A stretch of DNA of 64,000 nt, taken from Candidatus Poribacteria bacterium (lineage in GTDB: Bacteria > Poribacteria > WGA-4E > WGA-3G). The stretch lies in assembly GCA_963665235.2 (NCBI GenBank), contig CAXXLX010000001.1:3616001-3680000 (forward strand), given 5' to 3'. A model generated the notes under the pieces. It was not told the origin of the DNA, made no database searches, and saw nothing but the letters and a program-made list of their open reading frames with translations. Positions 8,650-18,262 of the stretch are shown in pieces. A program made the translations under genes and the position numbers. Position 1 is the stretch's first letter; the number at the start of each line of letters is the position of its first letter.

Positions 8650-10254
8650 TCACCGCAAAATCGCCAACTTTTTCATAAGGGTATATGTTTCCCCCTTCGC
8701 CACCACCGAAATCTGACAGATATACACCCCCGGTGAGACAGCTAATCCGTAAGCGGTTTGCTGATTCCACCACGTCCGCCATATACGGCCGTCGAGCCGA
8801 TCGGAGACCCCATCAATCCGTTTAATTAGATTGCCTTGTGCATCATAGATTAACACCTGCATACTCGTCATCTCCAGATTCGCCTCAACGCGAAATTCGG
8901 TTGGCGTGTCAGAGCGCACCGGGTTCGGAAATAGCACAACCTCTTTCCATGCAAACGCCTCCGTTAAGACGACAGTCTGCGACACAGATGCCGCACCGAG
9001 TGGATACCGCACCGTCACGAGCACGACGTTCTTCCCCGATGCTAACGGCACTTTCGCCGTATAAGTTTGCGTTTCTCTATTCAATTCCGCCATTACATTG
9101 CTTGGATAGACGATAATATCGATAGGAAAATCTGACCGGAACGTGCCACTAATCTCCACAGGACTCTTTTTGACTGTGGCTGGCAGCGCAAACGTTATTT
9201 CCGGCATCTGTAGCGTCGGGTCGAACATATCGGTAAGAAGACTATCCACTGTAACCAGGACCAGCTGCGTCACCTTTCGGACCAGCCCGAAGTTGACTTT
9301 GTCTACGGTATCGCGGAAGGTATGATAGAACGGATTGGCATCGTAGTTTTGCGAATCGCGCCACGGCGTAGAACTCTCAATTAGCGTGACCGCCGGATAA
9401 CCTGAATCCCAGAAAGGTTTATGAGAGGAAATATCGACAAACTCATCCTGCGTGCGGCGGATTTTCAAGCCGATGTCATACCAAGCATTGGCAATCGTGA
9501 GGGCACTGCTTATCCAGGCAGATTCCCTATTTGTGATAACCTCAACCAGGTCGCTTTTCCAATTGAAACCGAGCATGTCTAAGTTGAGCACAGCAGCAAT
9601 TTTTTCGGAGGCAGGTGTCCGCTTGGGATTTGAAAAGTCGTCATTGCTGTTTCCAGTAGCGAGGGCTTGACGGATATAGTGTCGACTGCCGAGAAAACCG
9701 AGCTCTTCACCACCGAGCGCAACAAATTTTAACGTATGTTCATATTCATATTGGCTTAAGAGGGACGCGATTTCCAGCAGGGCTGCTACACCAGTCCCGT
9801 TATTGTTCGCCCCCGGTGCGCGAGAAGCTAGCGGATTCCAATTCGGCTCGCGCCCCGCCTGCGTATCGTAATGGGCACATATTATAAAAACACGTTTGCT
9901 AGCGGAGGTCGCCTTCGGGGGTAGGACCGCCACAACGTTCCGGATACCACCTGCCACCTGCTCGCTCACTTGGAGCCGCCGAGAACGCCGAAACTGATTT
10001 GTAATGTAACGTACCACGTTCTCCGTCGCCTCGCGGTGATGTGCACTGCGGGTGCGGTACGCGTGTTTACGTGGGAAAAATTCCACATTTTCCTGCAACG
10101 CTGTAACATGCCCCTCAAGTGCATTGGACTGCACCAACGTAAGCAATTCATCGCCCCGCATCTGTGCCGCTGAACTCACACTACGCAACTCGCCTGTGAA
10201 GAGAAAGGTAAAAAATGAAATAGAGAAAAAAAATATGTAAAATTGCCTTGACAT
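8650..10254 (-). CDS. Secreted M28-family peptidase-like protein with C-terminal FlgD-Ig/T9SS-type-A-like domain
   Basis: AHYDT, GEELG, NLDM and YHT motifs; C-terminus FPNPVR...IYDAQGNLIK...WNQ....VSPGVYI...KKLAILR. Confidence 0.8.
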   Translation of the reverse strand: MSRQFYIFFFSISFFTFLFTGELRSVSSAAQMRGDELLTLVQSNALEGHVTALQENVEFFPRKHAYRTRSAHHREATENVVRYITNQFRRSRRLQVSEQVAGGIRNVVAVLPPKATSASKRVFIICAHYDTQAGREPNWNPLASRAPGANNNGTGVAALLEIASLLSQYEYEHTLKFVALGGEELGFLGSRHYIRQALATGNSNDDFSNPKRTPASEKIAAVLNLDMLGFNWKSDLVEVITNRESAWISSALTIANAWYDIGLKIRRTQDEFVDISSHKPFWDSGYPAVTLIESSTPWRDSQNYDANPFYHTFRDTVDKVNFGLVRKVTQLVLVTVDSLLTDMFDPTLQMPEITFALPATVKKSPVEISGTFRSDFPIDIIVYPSNVMAELNRETQTYTAKVPLASGKNVVLVTVRYPLGAASVSQTVVLTEAFAWKEVVLFPNPVRSDTPTEFRVEANLEMTSMQVLIYDAQGNLIKRIDGVSDRLDGRIWRTWWNQQTAYGLAVSPGVYICQISVVAKGETYTLMKKLAILR

Positions 10255-10317
10255 ATTACTGAAATTTTTGTATCCTATTAATTGAAATAATCACGGTGCT
10301 GGGCATGCCCCATCATC

Positions 10318-10465
10318 TATTGGCTAATTGGCTGTTGGCTGTTGGAAACTTATGGAAACCATTAGCAAAGAGGAAGAGGGGTTTGACGCGCGTCAAAAAT
10401 CTGATTATAATCGCAACATCTTGCTAATTGCTAATTGCCAATCGCCAATCGCCAATCGCCAATTA
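10318..10465. repeat. Dispersed palindromic element (TTTGACGCGCGTCAAA core with heptamer repeats)
   Basis: Core at 10382-10397 with (gccaatc)n and ttggct repeats; reverse-complement relative at 62391-62503. Confidence 0.8.
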
Positions 10466-10516
10466 TCATTTTAGCAGCTCTTCCGAGGCACTGCAACAAA
10501 AATTTGGAGTTTCATC

Positions 10517-11464
10517 ATGCCAGCTAATTTACCGCCGACGTACTACAAACTCAAACATCAACATGAAGCCGCTAAAACGGATGAAGAACGGCTTATCTTG
10601 TTAGAAGAGATGTTGCGTATCGCCCCAAAACACAAAGGCACAGAAAAGGTTGTTTCCGACCTCCGCAAACGTATCGCAAAATTGAGAAAGACGGTATCCG
10701 GCACTGCTGGCGGTAAGGGAGGCCGAAAAAAGGGGTACAGTCAGCATATTCCAAAACAGGGGGCAGGGCAAATTGTCCTCCTCGGGCCACCGAATAGCGG
10801 TAAATCGCTAATCCTTGCAACCTTCACAAAAGCAAAGGCTGAGGTTTCACCAACACCTTATACAACAACGACACCAACAGTCGGCATGCTCCCATATCAA
10901 AATATTCAATTTCAGCTGATTGACACCCCCTCTCTCATGCCGGACTTTGTTCCGCCCTTTTTTATAGTTTTGATTAGAAACGTTGAGCTGCTTGCCATAG
11001 TCATTAGCCTTGCCAGCGATAATCTGTTAGATGACTTAGACATGACTCGCTCAGTTTTACAAGAAGCAGAAGTAGACACACAGGTCATCATCGTGGCGAA
11101 CCAATTGGACGAAGCCGGGGCAGAGGACAGATTGGAGATTCTTCAGGAATTTTATGCGGACACATTGCCGATTTACCCGCTCTCTGCCAAGACTAACGTT
11201 GGCATTGATGCTTTATCGAAGGCGTTCTATGAAACGTTAGACATCATGCGGGTGTATCCTAAAGCCCCTGGGCAATCCGTTGAACGTGATGCCCCAATTG
11301 TCCTCCCCAACGGTGCGACCGTCCTTGATGCTGCCCTCGGTTTACACAAAGATTTTGCTGACTTCAAGTTTGCACGAATATGGGGCCCCCAATGGCACGA
11401 TGGGCAACCTGTCAGCCGCAGCGATGTTATTCATGATGGAGACGTGGTTGAATTTCATTTGTAG
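10517..11464 (+). CDS. TGS-domain GTPase (DRG/OBG-like)
   Basis: MPANLPP, PKHKGTE, GPPNSGKS, PYTT, DTP and NQLD motifs; C-terminal TGS ending HDGDVVEFH. Confidence 0.85.
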   Translation: MPANLPPTYYKLKHQHEAAKTDEERLILLEEMLRIAPKHKGTEKVVSDLRKRIAKLRKTVSGTAGGKGGRKKGYSQHIPKQGAGQIVLLGPPNSGKSLILATFTKAKAEVSPTPYTTTTPTVGMLPYQNIQFQLIDTPSLMPDFVPPFFIVLIRNVELLAIVISLASDNLLDDLDMTRSVLQEAEVDTQVIIVANQLDEAGAEDRLEILQEFYADTLPIYPLSAKTNVGIDALSKAFYETLDIMRVYPKAPGQSVERDAPIVLPNGATVLDAALGLHKDFADFKFARIWGPQWHDGQPVSRSDVIHDGDVVEFHL

Positions 11465-11531
11465 ATAACCGATGCTTACCAGCGGAAAATCATCGGCAAT
11501 TTGGAAATCGGATTACCTTGGAGGCAGAAAC

Positions 11532-13127
11532 ATGAGAAGTAGGAAAAGAACACATCCATATCTAGTATATTCGTTCTTCATTCACCTTGTCATTTTGATT
11601 GGTGTGTGGTGGATATCGCCGAAAAATCTACCGGTGCCAGATGCGAACCCAGAGTTTTTCGTTGAGGCGATTTTCGAGGTACCACGTCCTGTTGTGGCAC
11701 CCTCGAAGGAAATCGAAGAATCGCCGCCTGCTCCGCCCCCAGCTGAACCTGTCACGCCATCGGTAGCAGCAGTTGAGAGCCCCCCCACGCCAGCGAAACC
11801 GACATCCGGGCTGGGCACCGAATGGTTAGCCGTTAGCAATGAACCGGCACTTGCTACTCACAATCGGGAGAACACGTCTACGAAGCAGACTGAAGTCCGC
11901 CTGCAAGAAAAACTTGGAGCCCCTCGAAATCCTAACGACATAACCACACAGCGGAACGTGCCTACTGCCTTAACACCTAGCAGTCGAGACATGCTTAAAC
12001 TGCCAACGGCATCTACAACTGCCGCTGCAGCACCACAAGCAGAAGCAAATCCTATTGTGCTCAATATAGATAACGCCTTAAAAAGCGAGTCCCCAACGGT
12101 AGGTACCCCAAAAGTTCGATATGGGAGCCAACGTGGCGACGCGCTTCAAGCGACAGCGATAGGCAACTCCTGGGGAGGTGGAAGCAGCTCGGGGAATTCA
12201 CATACAGGCGGAATTTATGTTACGATGATGAAGGACATCGCGCGAGAAATCGCAGCAGCTGCGACAAGTCGTAAGGTAGATGTTGTTTTTGTCCTGGATG
12301 AAACCGCAAGCATGATAGACAATCTCCGCGGCATCCGAGCTTACCTCGGAGATTTCCTCATGGAAACGTTTGAACGAGAAAAACACGATGCCGCCTTCGG
12401 ATTGGTGACCTTTACAGATAAACCGAAAATGCACGGACACACGACCGATTTTGGAACCTTCAAAAACTGGCTCTTTAAAATAAACGTTGCGGGCGGAGGG
12501 GATATATCCGAAGCGGGCTTGGACGCACTGATGACAGCCGTAGCAATGATGAAATTTCGACACGGCGCACAACGATTCTTTATCCTCGCAAGTGACAGCT
12601 CCTTTCACGATGCGGATTACGATGGAAAGTCTGTCTATAGTTTAGATAGAGTTATTGAAACCTTGCAAAGTGAAAAGATTCGCGTCGACGTTATTGGGCT
12701 CGATTATCTTCCAATCAAACAAATTGCCAAGGCGACAGGTGGCACCTGGCGCGCAATCCCCGGCAGAGGCTATCTAGAGTATATTCCCCCGCTAACCTTA
12801 ACGGTAAAAATGTTATCCAAATTAGGGACGCTCAGCGTTGATGGAGGTACCCTCGGCGATAAGATTACGGTGCATCTTAACAACAACACTGCGCGCCCGA
12901 AACAACTGACCCTAACCTATAAGGTGCTTAACCCGCTAGGCGAGCGGTGCTACGGCCCCTTCACAGAGAAGCGAAATATTCCGGATGATGCCTCAGCGGC
13001 ACTGGAATTAACACCTGAATTGAATAGAGCCGCTTTTCAGACGATACCGGGCATCTACACTGTCATTTATCGTCTTGAAAACGAGAAGGGACACCGAAGT
13101 ATCCTCCGCAGAACCCTAACATATTAA
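11532..13127 (+). CDS. Membrane-anchored vWA-domain protein with Pro-rich linker
   Basis: N-terminal TM with SxxxH (TonB-like anchor); DVVFVLDETASM MIDAS, GGGDISE and LASD motifs. Confidence 0.75.
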   Translation: MRSRKRTHPYLVYSFFIHLVILIGVWWISPKNLPVPDANPEFFVEAIFEVPRPVVAPSKEIEESPPAPPPAEPVTPSVAAVESPPTPAKPTSGLGTEWLAVSNEPALATHNRENTSTKQTEVRLQEKLGAPRNPNDITTQRNVPTALTPSSRDMLKLPTASTTAAAAPQAEANPIVLNIDNALKSESPTVGTPKVRYGSQRGDALQATAIGNSWGGGSSSGNSHTGGIYVTMMKDIAREIAAAATSRKVDVVFVLDETASMIDNLRGIRAYLGDFLMETFEREKHDAAFGLVTFTDKPKMHGHTTDFGTFKNWLFKINVAGGGDISEAGLDALMTAVAMMKFRHGAQRFFILASDSSFHDADYDGKSVYSLDRVIETLQSEKIRVDVIGLDYLPIKQIAKATGGTWRAIPGRGYLEYIPPLTLTVKMLSKLGTLSVDGGTLGDKITVHLNNNTARPKQLTLTYKVLNPLGERCYGPFTEKRNIPDDASAALELTPELNRAAFQTIPGIYTVIYRLENEKGHRSILRRTLTY

Positions 13128-13128
13128 A

Positions 13129-14313
13129 ATGAAAAATTTAATTTTTGAGCAGTGTCATCATCATTTTAACGATATTGTCGCTATCCGCCGCGATATTCAT
13201 CAACACCCGGAATTGGAATTTGATGTTCAACGCACTGCCGGTATCGCCGCTGATGCACTTCATGCACTTGGCATCCCTGTGAAAACCGGTATCGGCAAAA
13301 CAGGCGTTGTTGGCGACTTAGAGGTCCCAGGGGCAACAAAACGTATCGCGCTCCGAGCAGACATGGACGCGCTCCCAATTCAGGAATACACCGATGTCCC
13401 CTATAAATCAAAAATTGATGGCAAAGCACACCTGTGTGGACACGATGCACACACTGCAATGCTCATCGGTACTGCAAGAATTCTAGCACATTTCAGAAGC
13501 AGCCTCAAAGCGAACATCAGATTTGTCTTTCAACCGTGTGAAGAAGCATTCCCCTGCGGTGCCCCCGCAATGATAGCAGATGGCGTACTGGAAGATGTAG
13601 ATGAAATCTACGGTTTACATGTCTTTCCGCTCTATCCGGTAGGCAAATTCGCTACCTGTGTTGGCCCTATGCTTGCCCAATCAGATACGTTTGAGATTAC
13701 ACTCATCGGAAAGGGGGGACATGCCGCATTCCCACATCTCACCGCCGACCCGATTCTTATTGGCGCGCAATTTGTAACGGCGGTGCAGTCCATAGTCTCA
13801 AGGAATGTCAATCCGTTAGACCCCGCGGTTGTCAGCATTACACAGTTCCACGCGGGGGATGCTAAAAACGTCATTCCACCTGCGGTCACTCTCGGTGGAA
13901 CAGTTCGGACGTTGAACGAAGGGGTGCAGACACAAGTTAAAGCACAGTTAGAAAAGCACCTCGCTGGCATTACAGCTGCCCACGATGCGACTTATACGTT
14001 CGCTTACCGAGAGGGATGCCCGGTGACATATAACCATGAACCTTGCGTCGCTACAGCAGTCGCTGCAGCACGAGAGCTAGTCGGCACGGACAACGTCATG
14101 TTCCCGATACCGCCAATACTTGGTGGTGAAGATTTCGCCTATTATTCGCAACGGATTCCTGCCTGTTTCATTATGGTAGGCGCAGGCAATGAATCAAAAG
14201 GCATCGTCAACATGTGTCATCACCCGCAATTTGATATTGACGAAATCTGCATGATATACGGCATGGCACTCACTGTGAGCATTGCGTTGGCCGGAGGCGA
14301 TGCTAAATCCTAA
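13129..14313 (+). CDS. M20D-family amidohydrolase
   Basis: RRDIHQHPEL, LRADMDAL, CGHDAH, FQPCEE, GGH, GEDF and HHPQF motifs. Confidence 0.92.
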   Translation: MKNLIFEQCHHHFNDIVAIRRDIHQHPELEFDVQRTAGIAADALHALGIPVKTGIGKTGVVGDLEVPGATKRIALRADMDALPIQEYTDVPYKSKIDGKAHLCGHDAHTAMLIGTARILAHFRSSLKANIRFVFQPCEEAFPCGAPAMIADGVLEDVDEIYGLHVFPLYPVGKFATCVGPMLAQSDTFEITLIGKGGHAAFPHLTADPILIGAQFVTAVQSIVSRNVNPLDPAVVSITQFHAGDAKNVIPPAVTLGGTVRTLNEGVQTQVKAQLEKHLAGITAAHDATYTFAYREGCPVTYNHEPCVATAVAAARELVGTDNVMFPIPPILGGEDFAYYSQRIPACFIMVGAGNESKGIVNMCHHPQFDIDEICMIYGMALTVSIALAGGDAKS

Positions 14314-15254
14314 TACCCCTTCTGTTTATCAATGACACTGAGAAGCGGTTTTCCGACTATAAATCGTGCTAGGTTATCGCAAAAGAGTTTTACCGTCCGG
14401 TCCAATCGAATTGGGGAGCCGCCAGCGACGTGCGGTGTAATGATTACGTTGGGCATGTCCCATAACGGGCTATCCGCTGGTAAGGGCTCTTCTGGCGTAA
14501 CATCTAGCCCCGCCCCCCCGATAAGTCCGGCGTTGAGTGCGTGAAGCAGCGCGGGCCCGTCAACAATCTTCCCGCGCGTGACGTTGATAAGTAGTGCATG
14601 CGGTTTCATAGCACGGAACGCTGCATTGTCAAACATGCCCAACGTTTCCGGCGTCAACGGCGCGCAGATAGAAACGATGTCGGATGCGGAGAGTAGTTCA
14701 TGGAATCGGTCCATCTGCCAAACTTCGTGGACAAATGTGGGGGGCTCTACCGCCTCCGGGTCAACAGCGATGACGTGCATGTCGAACCCTGCTGCTCGCC
14801 TTGCCACTTCAATACCGGTGCCGCCGAGTCCAACAATACCGAGCGTACGTTCGCTTAATTCCCACGTCGATTCTCGGATAGACATACGGTTATTCCAGGT
14901 CCGTTCACGCACCGAACGGCCAACGCCGCGGAGCAGCCCGAGAGCTAACGCCCACGCCTGGTCAGCCAGATGCGTCCCGACGAACCCTTTTGCACTGGTT
15001 AGGATAATATCACTCTCAACGAATTCCGGAAACAGGATACCATCAACCCCTGCTGCCCATACTTGTACCCACTTAAGTTGTTCAGCTTTCTCAAAAAGTG
15101 CGCGGCTGAACCCCCCGAAAACGATGTCGGTATCCACAATTTCTTGCAACGTCGCTTCCGAATTCTGTGGTTTAGCGAGCTGCAATGTATCAGAAACGGC
15201 GGTTATCTGTTGCTGTTGTGCCGAAGTGATATCGGTTGTAATTAAAATTTTCAT
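14310..15254 (-). CDS. D-2-hydroxyacid dehydrogenase
   Basis: GIVGLGGTG, INVTRG, GLDVT.EEP and TPHVAG motifs; start at MKILITT. Confidence 0.9.
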   Translation of the reverse strand: MKILITTDITSAQQQQITAVSDTLQLAKPQNSEATLQEIVDTDIVFGGFSRALFEKAEQLKWVQVWAAGVDGILFPEFVESDIILTSAKGFVGTHLADQAWALALGLLRGVGRSVRERTWNNRMSIRESTWELSERTLGIVGLGGTGIEVARRAAGFDMHVIAVDPEAVEPPTFVHEVWQMDRFHELLSASDIVSICAPLTPETLGMFDNAAFRAMKPHALLINVTRGKIVDGPALLHALNAGLIGGAGLDVTPEEPLPADSPLWDMPNVIITPHVAGGSPIRLDRTVKLFCDNLARFIVGKPLLSVIDKQKGY

Positions 15255-15315
15255 GTTGACATTCCTTCTGTTTGGTGGTATTCTATATGCTAAACGACAT
15301 ATAAGGAGAACTATA

Positions 15316-15819
15316 ATGATACATTCAGATTTAAGGCGATTATGTTCCGTGCTGTTCACCATTTTTTCCATCAGCCTCATACTCGCTACAGGTTTCATCG
15401 CCGGGTGCGGAGACGAAGGCGATTCTGCCACAGATATAGTCAACGGAGATAACACCAACGGTACCGTTGACCCACCTGACGACCCAACAGTTGAGGAACC
15501 TGACGACCCGGTGGTTGTGGAACCGAAAGTTTCCTATAAGGATGAAATTTCACCGCTACTCACCCAGAAATGTGCGTTCGTCGGATGCCACTCTGTTAAC
15601 GCTCCAGCGGGAGGGCTTGACCTCACTAACTACGATGCCTTCAAAAAGGGAGGAAACAGTGGGGCCGCATTCATCGCGAAAGATGGCAAGGGAAGCCTAA
15701 TTGTAACACGTATAGATGGCACTAAACTCCCAATAATGCCTCTTGGGGGTGTTCCTCTAAACCAAGATGAAGTCCAACTTTTTATTGACTGGATTGATGA
15801 AGGTGCCGAGAACAATTAG
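15316..15819 (+). CDS. Lipoprotein with planctomycete-type cytochrome c domain (CX4CH)
   Basis: RBS aaggag; lipobox IAGC; VSYKDEISPLL, KCAFVGCH, GLDL, MP.GG..L and WIDEGA motifs. Confidence 0.75.
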   Translation: MIHSDLRRLCSVLFTIFSISLILATGFIAGCGDEGDSATDIVNGDNTNGTVDPPDDPTVEEPDDPVVVEPKVSYKDEISPLLTQKCAFVGCHSVNAPAGGLDLTNYDAFKKGGNSGAAFIAKDGKGSLIVTRIDGTKLPIMPLGGVPLNQDEVQLFIDWIDEGAENN

Positions 15820-15899
15820 CTGATGTTGGCGCGTCCAATGCCTCTATAGCGTGTTAATAGCTCGAAAACGGTTTCCAATAGTGAAATTTTTGAACCTTC

Positions 15900-16011
15900 A
15901 GGACTTACGCAGCGCGTTGATAAACCCTAATGATAGTGGAATCTAGAGCAAGACGTAGCGGGCAGGGAGACCCCGCCCCTACAAGGTTTCTGATAAATTT
16001 GCGTAAGTCCT
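15900..16011. mobile_element. 112-bp MITE with 12-bp TIRs and 7-bp target duplication
   Basis: aggacttacgca...tgcgtaagtcct flanked on both sides by aaccttc; internal GTAG...CTAC hairpin. Confidence 0.85.
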
Positions 16012-16130
16012 AACCTTCATGAAACGTACTCCACCTCTTTGTATCGTAGCACTGTTTGACGTTCATGTCAAGGCGAAAAAATTTGCCGTTATCCAGACAA
16101 TTTACAATGCAGTCATCTTGTAGGATACTA

Positions 16131-16248
16131 CGCAGAATATGCAGTGTTAATCATGCAAAATATGCTAACTATGCAAAATATGCAGAGTTGGAAAGTGGCT
16201 GATATGCTTTAGCAGTAGGAGTTCTTAAAATTTGGCACGAGAATTGCT
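16131..16248 (+). promoter_or_regulatory. sigma54 promoter with putative upstream activator sites
   Basis: TGGCACGagaaTTGCT at 16233-16248 matches the -24/-12 consensus; three GCA(g/a)AATATGC boxes at about 16132, 16155 and 16173. Confidence 0.8.
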
Positions 16249-16405
16249 AATAGGCATATAGAAATTCTTTGTGTGTTGAAACCGTTTTCTATCCAAAGAT
16301 GTTTAACGTCAGGCACGCCACGATAAATTGCACAACCTCTCACCAAGGGGCTATTAAATCCAGTCTCTTATCATAGGTGTGTCGTACGAAATTTGGAGGT
16401 ATAAG

Positions 16406-17161
16406 ATGCTTCGTGATTTGTTAAGTAGCAAGTTATTCCTTGGCTGCTTCGGACTCTTCGTCCTTTTTGCAGTTGGATGTTTCCTTTGGTATCAGCACGA
16501 AACAATGAAAATCCAAAAGGAGGGAGCGGAATCTGCCGAGATACGCCGACAATCGGAGCTGTCTCAAAAAGTAGACACTCTCAAATCAGCAGGAAAGACA
16601 GACGTTGTGAAAACCAGGGTACCGGCTCCCCAAAAACAGGAAACTCCATCGATAGAAGCAGCAACCGTTCCCGATGCTGTGACAGAGAACACATCAGACG
16701 TTCCAAAAACCGTCCTGTCAGAAACGGATGCAACAGAAAACACCGAGGTACGCGTCTCACCACACGGCCTCGGGCCCTATCCTGAAGTTCCAGAAGATTT
16801 CATTTTTGGGTCCGGACCGTGGCAGGATGGAGATTTCAGCCTTGGACAGGAATTGATTTCTCGTGTTCTTATCAAGTTGTGGAATGATGGTGATAGAAAT
16901 TTTAGGGGTGCCACCTTTGAAAACGGAAAAGTCTATGTCTATTATCCAAATCAGGTGCATGTTCGTTATGATACGGTTAAGAACCCCGATGGAACAACGA
17001 CCCGTTATATTGCAGGGTGGAGCTCTACTGGAGATATACCCCAACCGACACTAGAACAGCAGCTTAGCGGCTATATTCCACCTGCTGGGGTTGAGATCAT
17101 TGACTTAGACATCGAAGACCCCGGCATTGAACCCTACTCGTTTTTAGGATTACACAAATAA
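16406..17161 (+). CDS. Hypothetical protein with N-terminal membrane anchor
   Basis: RBS ggagg; hydrophobic segment, low-complexity linker and a VSPHGLGPYPEVP-containing domain. Confidence 0.75.
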   Translation: MLRDLLSSKLFLGCFGLFVLFAVGCFLWYQHETMKIQKEGAESAEIRRQSELSQKVDTLKSAGKTDVVKTRVPAPQKQETPSIEAATVPDAVTENTSDVPKTVLSETDATENTEVRVSPHGLGPYPEVPEDFIFGSGPWQDGDFSLGQELISRVLIKLWNDGDRNFRGATFENGKVYVYYPNQVHVRYDTVKNPDGTTTRYIAGWSSTGDIPQPTLEQQLSGYIPPAGVEIIDLDIEDPGIEPYSFLGLHK

Positions 17162-17200
17162 AACTGATCGGACGCAAATTCAGCGAAAGGAGTCAACAAC

Positions 17201-17779
17201 ATGCTTTATAAACAGCTTTCTATACTTCTTTTACTCTCACTTACGGTTTTTCTCAATAAAGGTGCGTCGCACCCCGCAGTGGTTCGTTCTGATGTTATTC
17301 ATCTCCTTGATGGAGGCATTTATGCATGGGAAACTGCTGTTGATGAATCTCAGGGCCATAGTGAGATTTTCAGTAAAGCTCGCGCGACTAAATCCTTAAT
17401 GCCCCTCCCACCCTACGGAAAATCCCTCTACCTATACGCAAGCGCGAACGTCAAGGCAGATGAGTACGTAGTCTGGGAGAGAAAAGATGCTGACGGTTTA
17501 CTTCTACCCAGAGTGGTATTCCCTCGTGGAACCTATTATTTACACACACGTATTGACAAGAAGGACGAAAAGGGGAGATTTCGCGGTCTAAGGTATGGGC
17601 TTGAAAATACAATCATACCTTTATCCTACGCGGGTGAAATAGATAAGTCTGCATCTGTCTACTACTCCGAAATTGTCCATTCTGTTAATCTTGGCGATTA
17701 CGTCGCCTATGGCATTGGAAATGTCGTGAATACAGAACCGGACCCGCGCCGGAGCGCAGGCGCATCAGCCTCTCGGTAA
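17201..17779 (+). CDS. Secreted hypothetical protein
   Basis: RBS aaggag, signal peptide, co-oriented 39 bp after the previous gene. Confidence 0.7.
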   Translation: MLYKQLSILLLLSLTVFLNKGASHPAVVRSDVIHLLDGGIYAWETAVDESQGHSEIFSKARATKSLMPLPPYGKSLYLYASANVKADEYVVWERKDADGLLLPRVVFPRGTYYLHTRIDKKDEKGRFRGLRYGLENTIIPLSYAGEIDKSASVYYSEIVHSVNLGDYVAYGIGNVVNTEPDPRRSAGASASR

Positions 17780-18186
17780 CGTGCTGCTAGTAGATTTGCA
17801 TAAGTCATTTTAAGTAATGTTAACTTTAAGGCAGGTAACCCTCTCGTTATCTGCCTTTTCCCTTTCAGCTTCAGCAAAACCTTGCGTAATACCTTAGTCA
17901 AAATATGCATTTCCTATTACAACACAAAGATACAGTGGAAGTGGGAACCGCGGCACGAGTTTACCATAGGCATATTGCTCTGATGGGGCGAGAGATTTAA
18001 GATGCAGCCCATGCTTCCTTTGCCTCGCAGCATACCTTGTGTATACACCAAAAACTTGATTCGACAAATTTTTGGTTGCCCCAAAATCCATGGCACCAGG
18101 GCCCCCGTGGTTCAGACAATTTCTCCTTTTCCCCCTTCTACTCAACCTTTTGACAACATATTTGGGCACTTATTGTAATATTTCAT

Positions 18187-18214
18187 TTGACATTTTTTGA
18201 GAATATGCTATACT
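18187..18214 (+). promoter_or_regulatory. sigma70-type promoter, now separated from the activator gene by an IS
   Basis: TTGACA-16bp-TATACT with extended TG. Confidence 0.55.
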
Positions 18215-18262
18215 ATCTGATGTGAGGGGACGCGTCCGAAAAAACTACTTTCTTGTCGATAC

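Noticed and set aside
14578-15315. N-terminal 246 aa of ORF 14578-15819, and the extension of ORF 14310-15458
   Set aside because: These are antisense shadows of two divergent genes; the real starts are 15316 (+) and 15254 (-).
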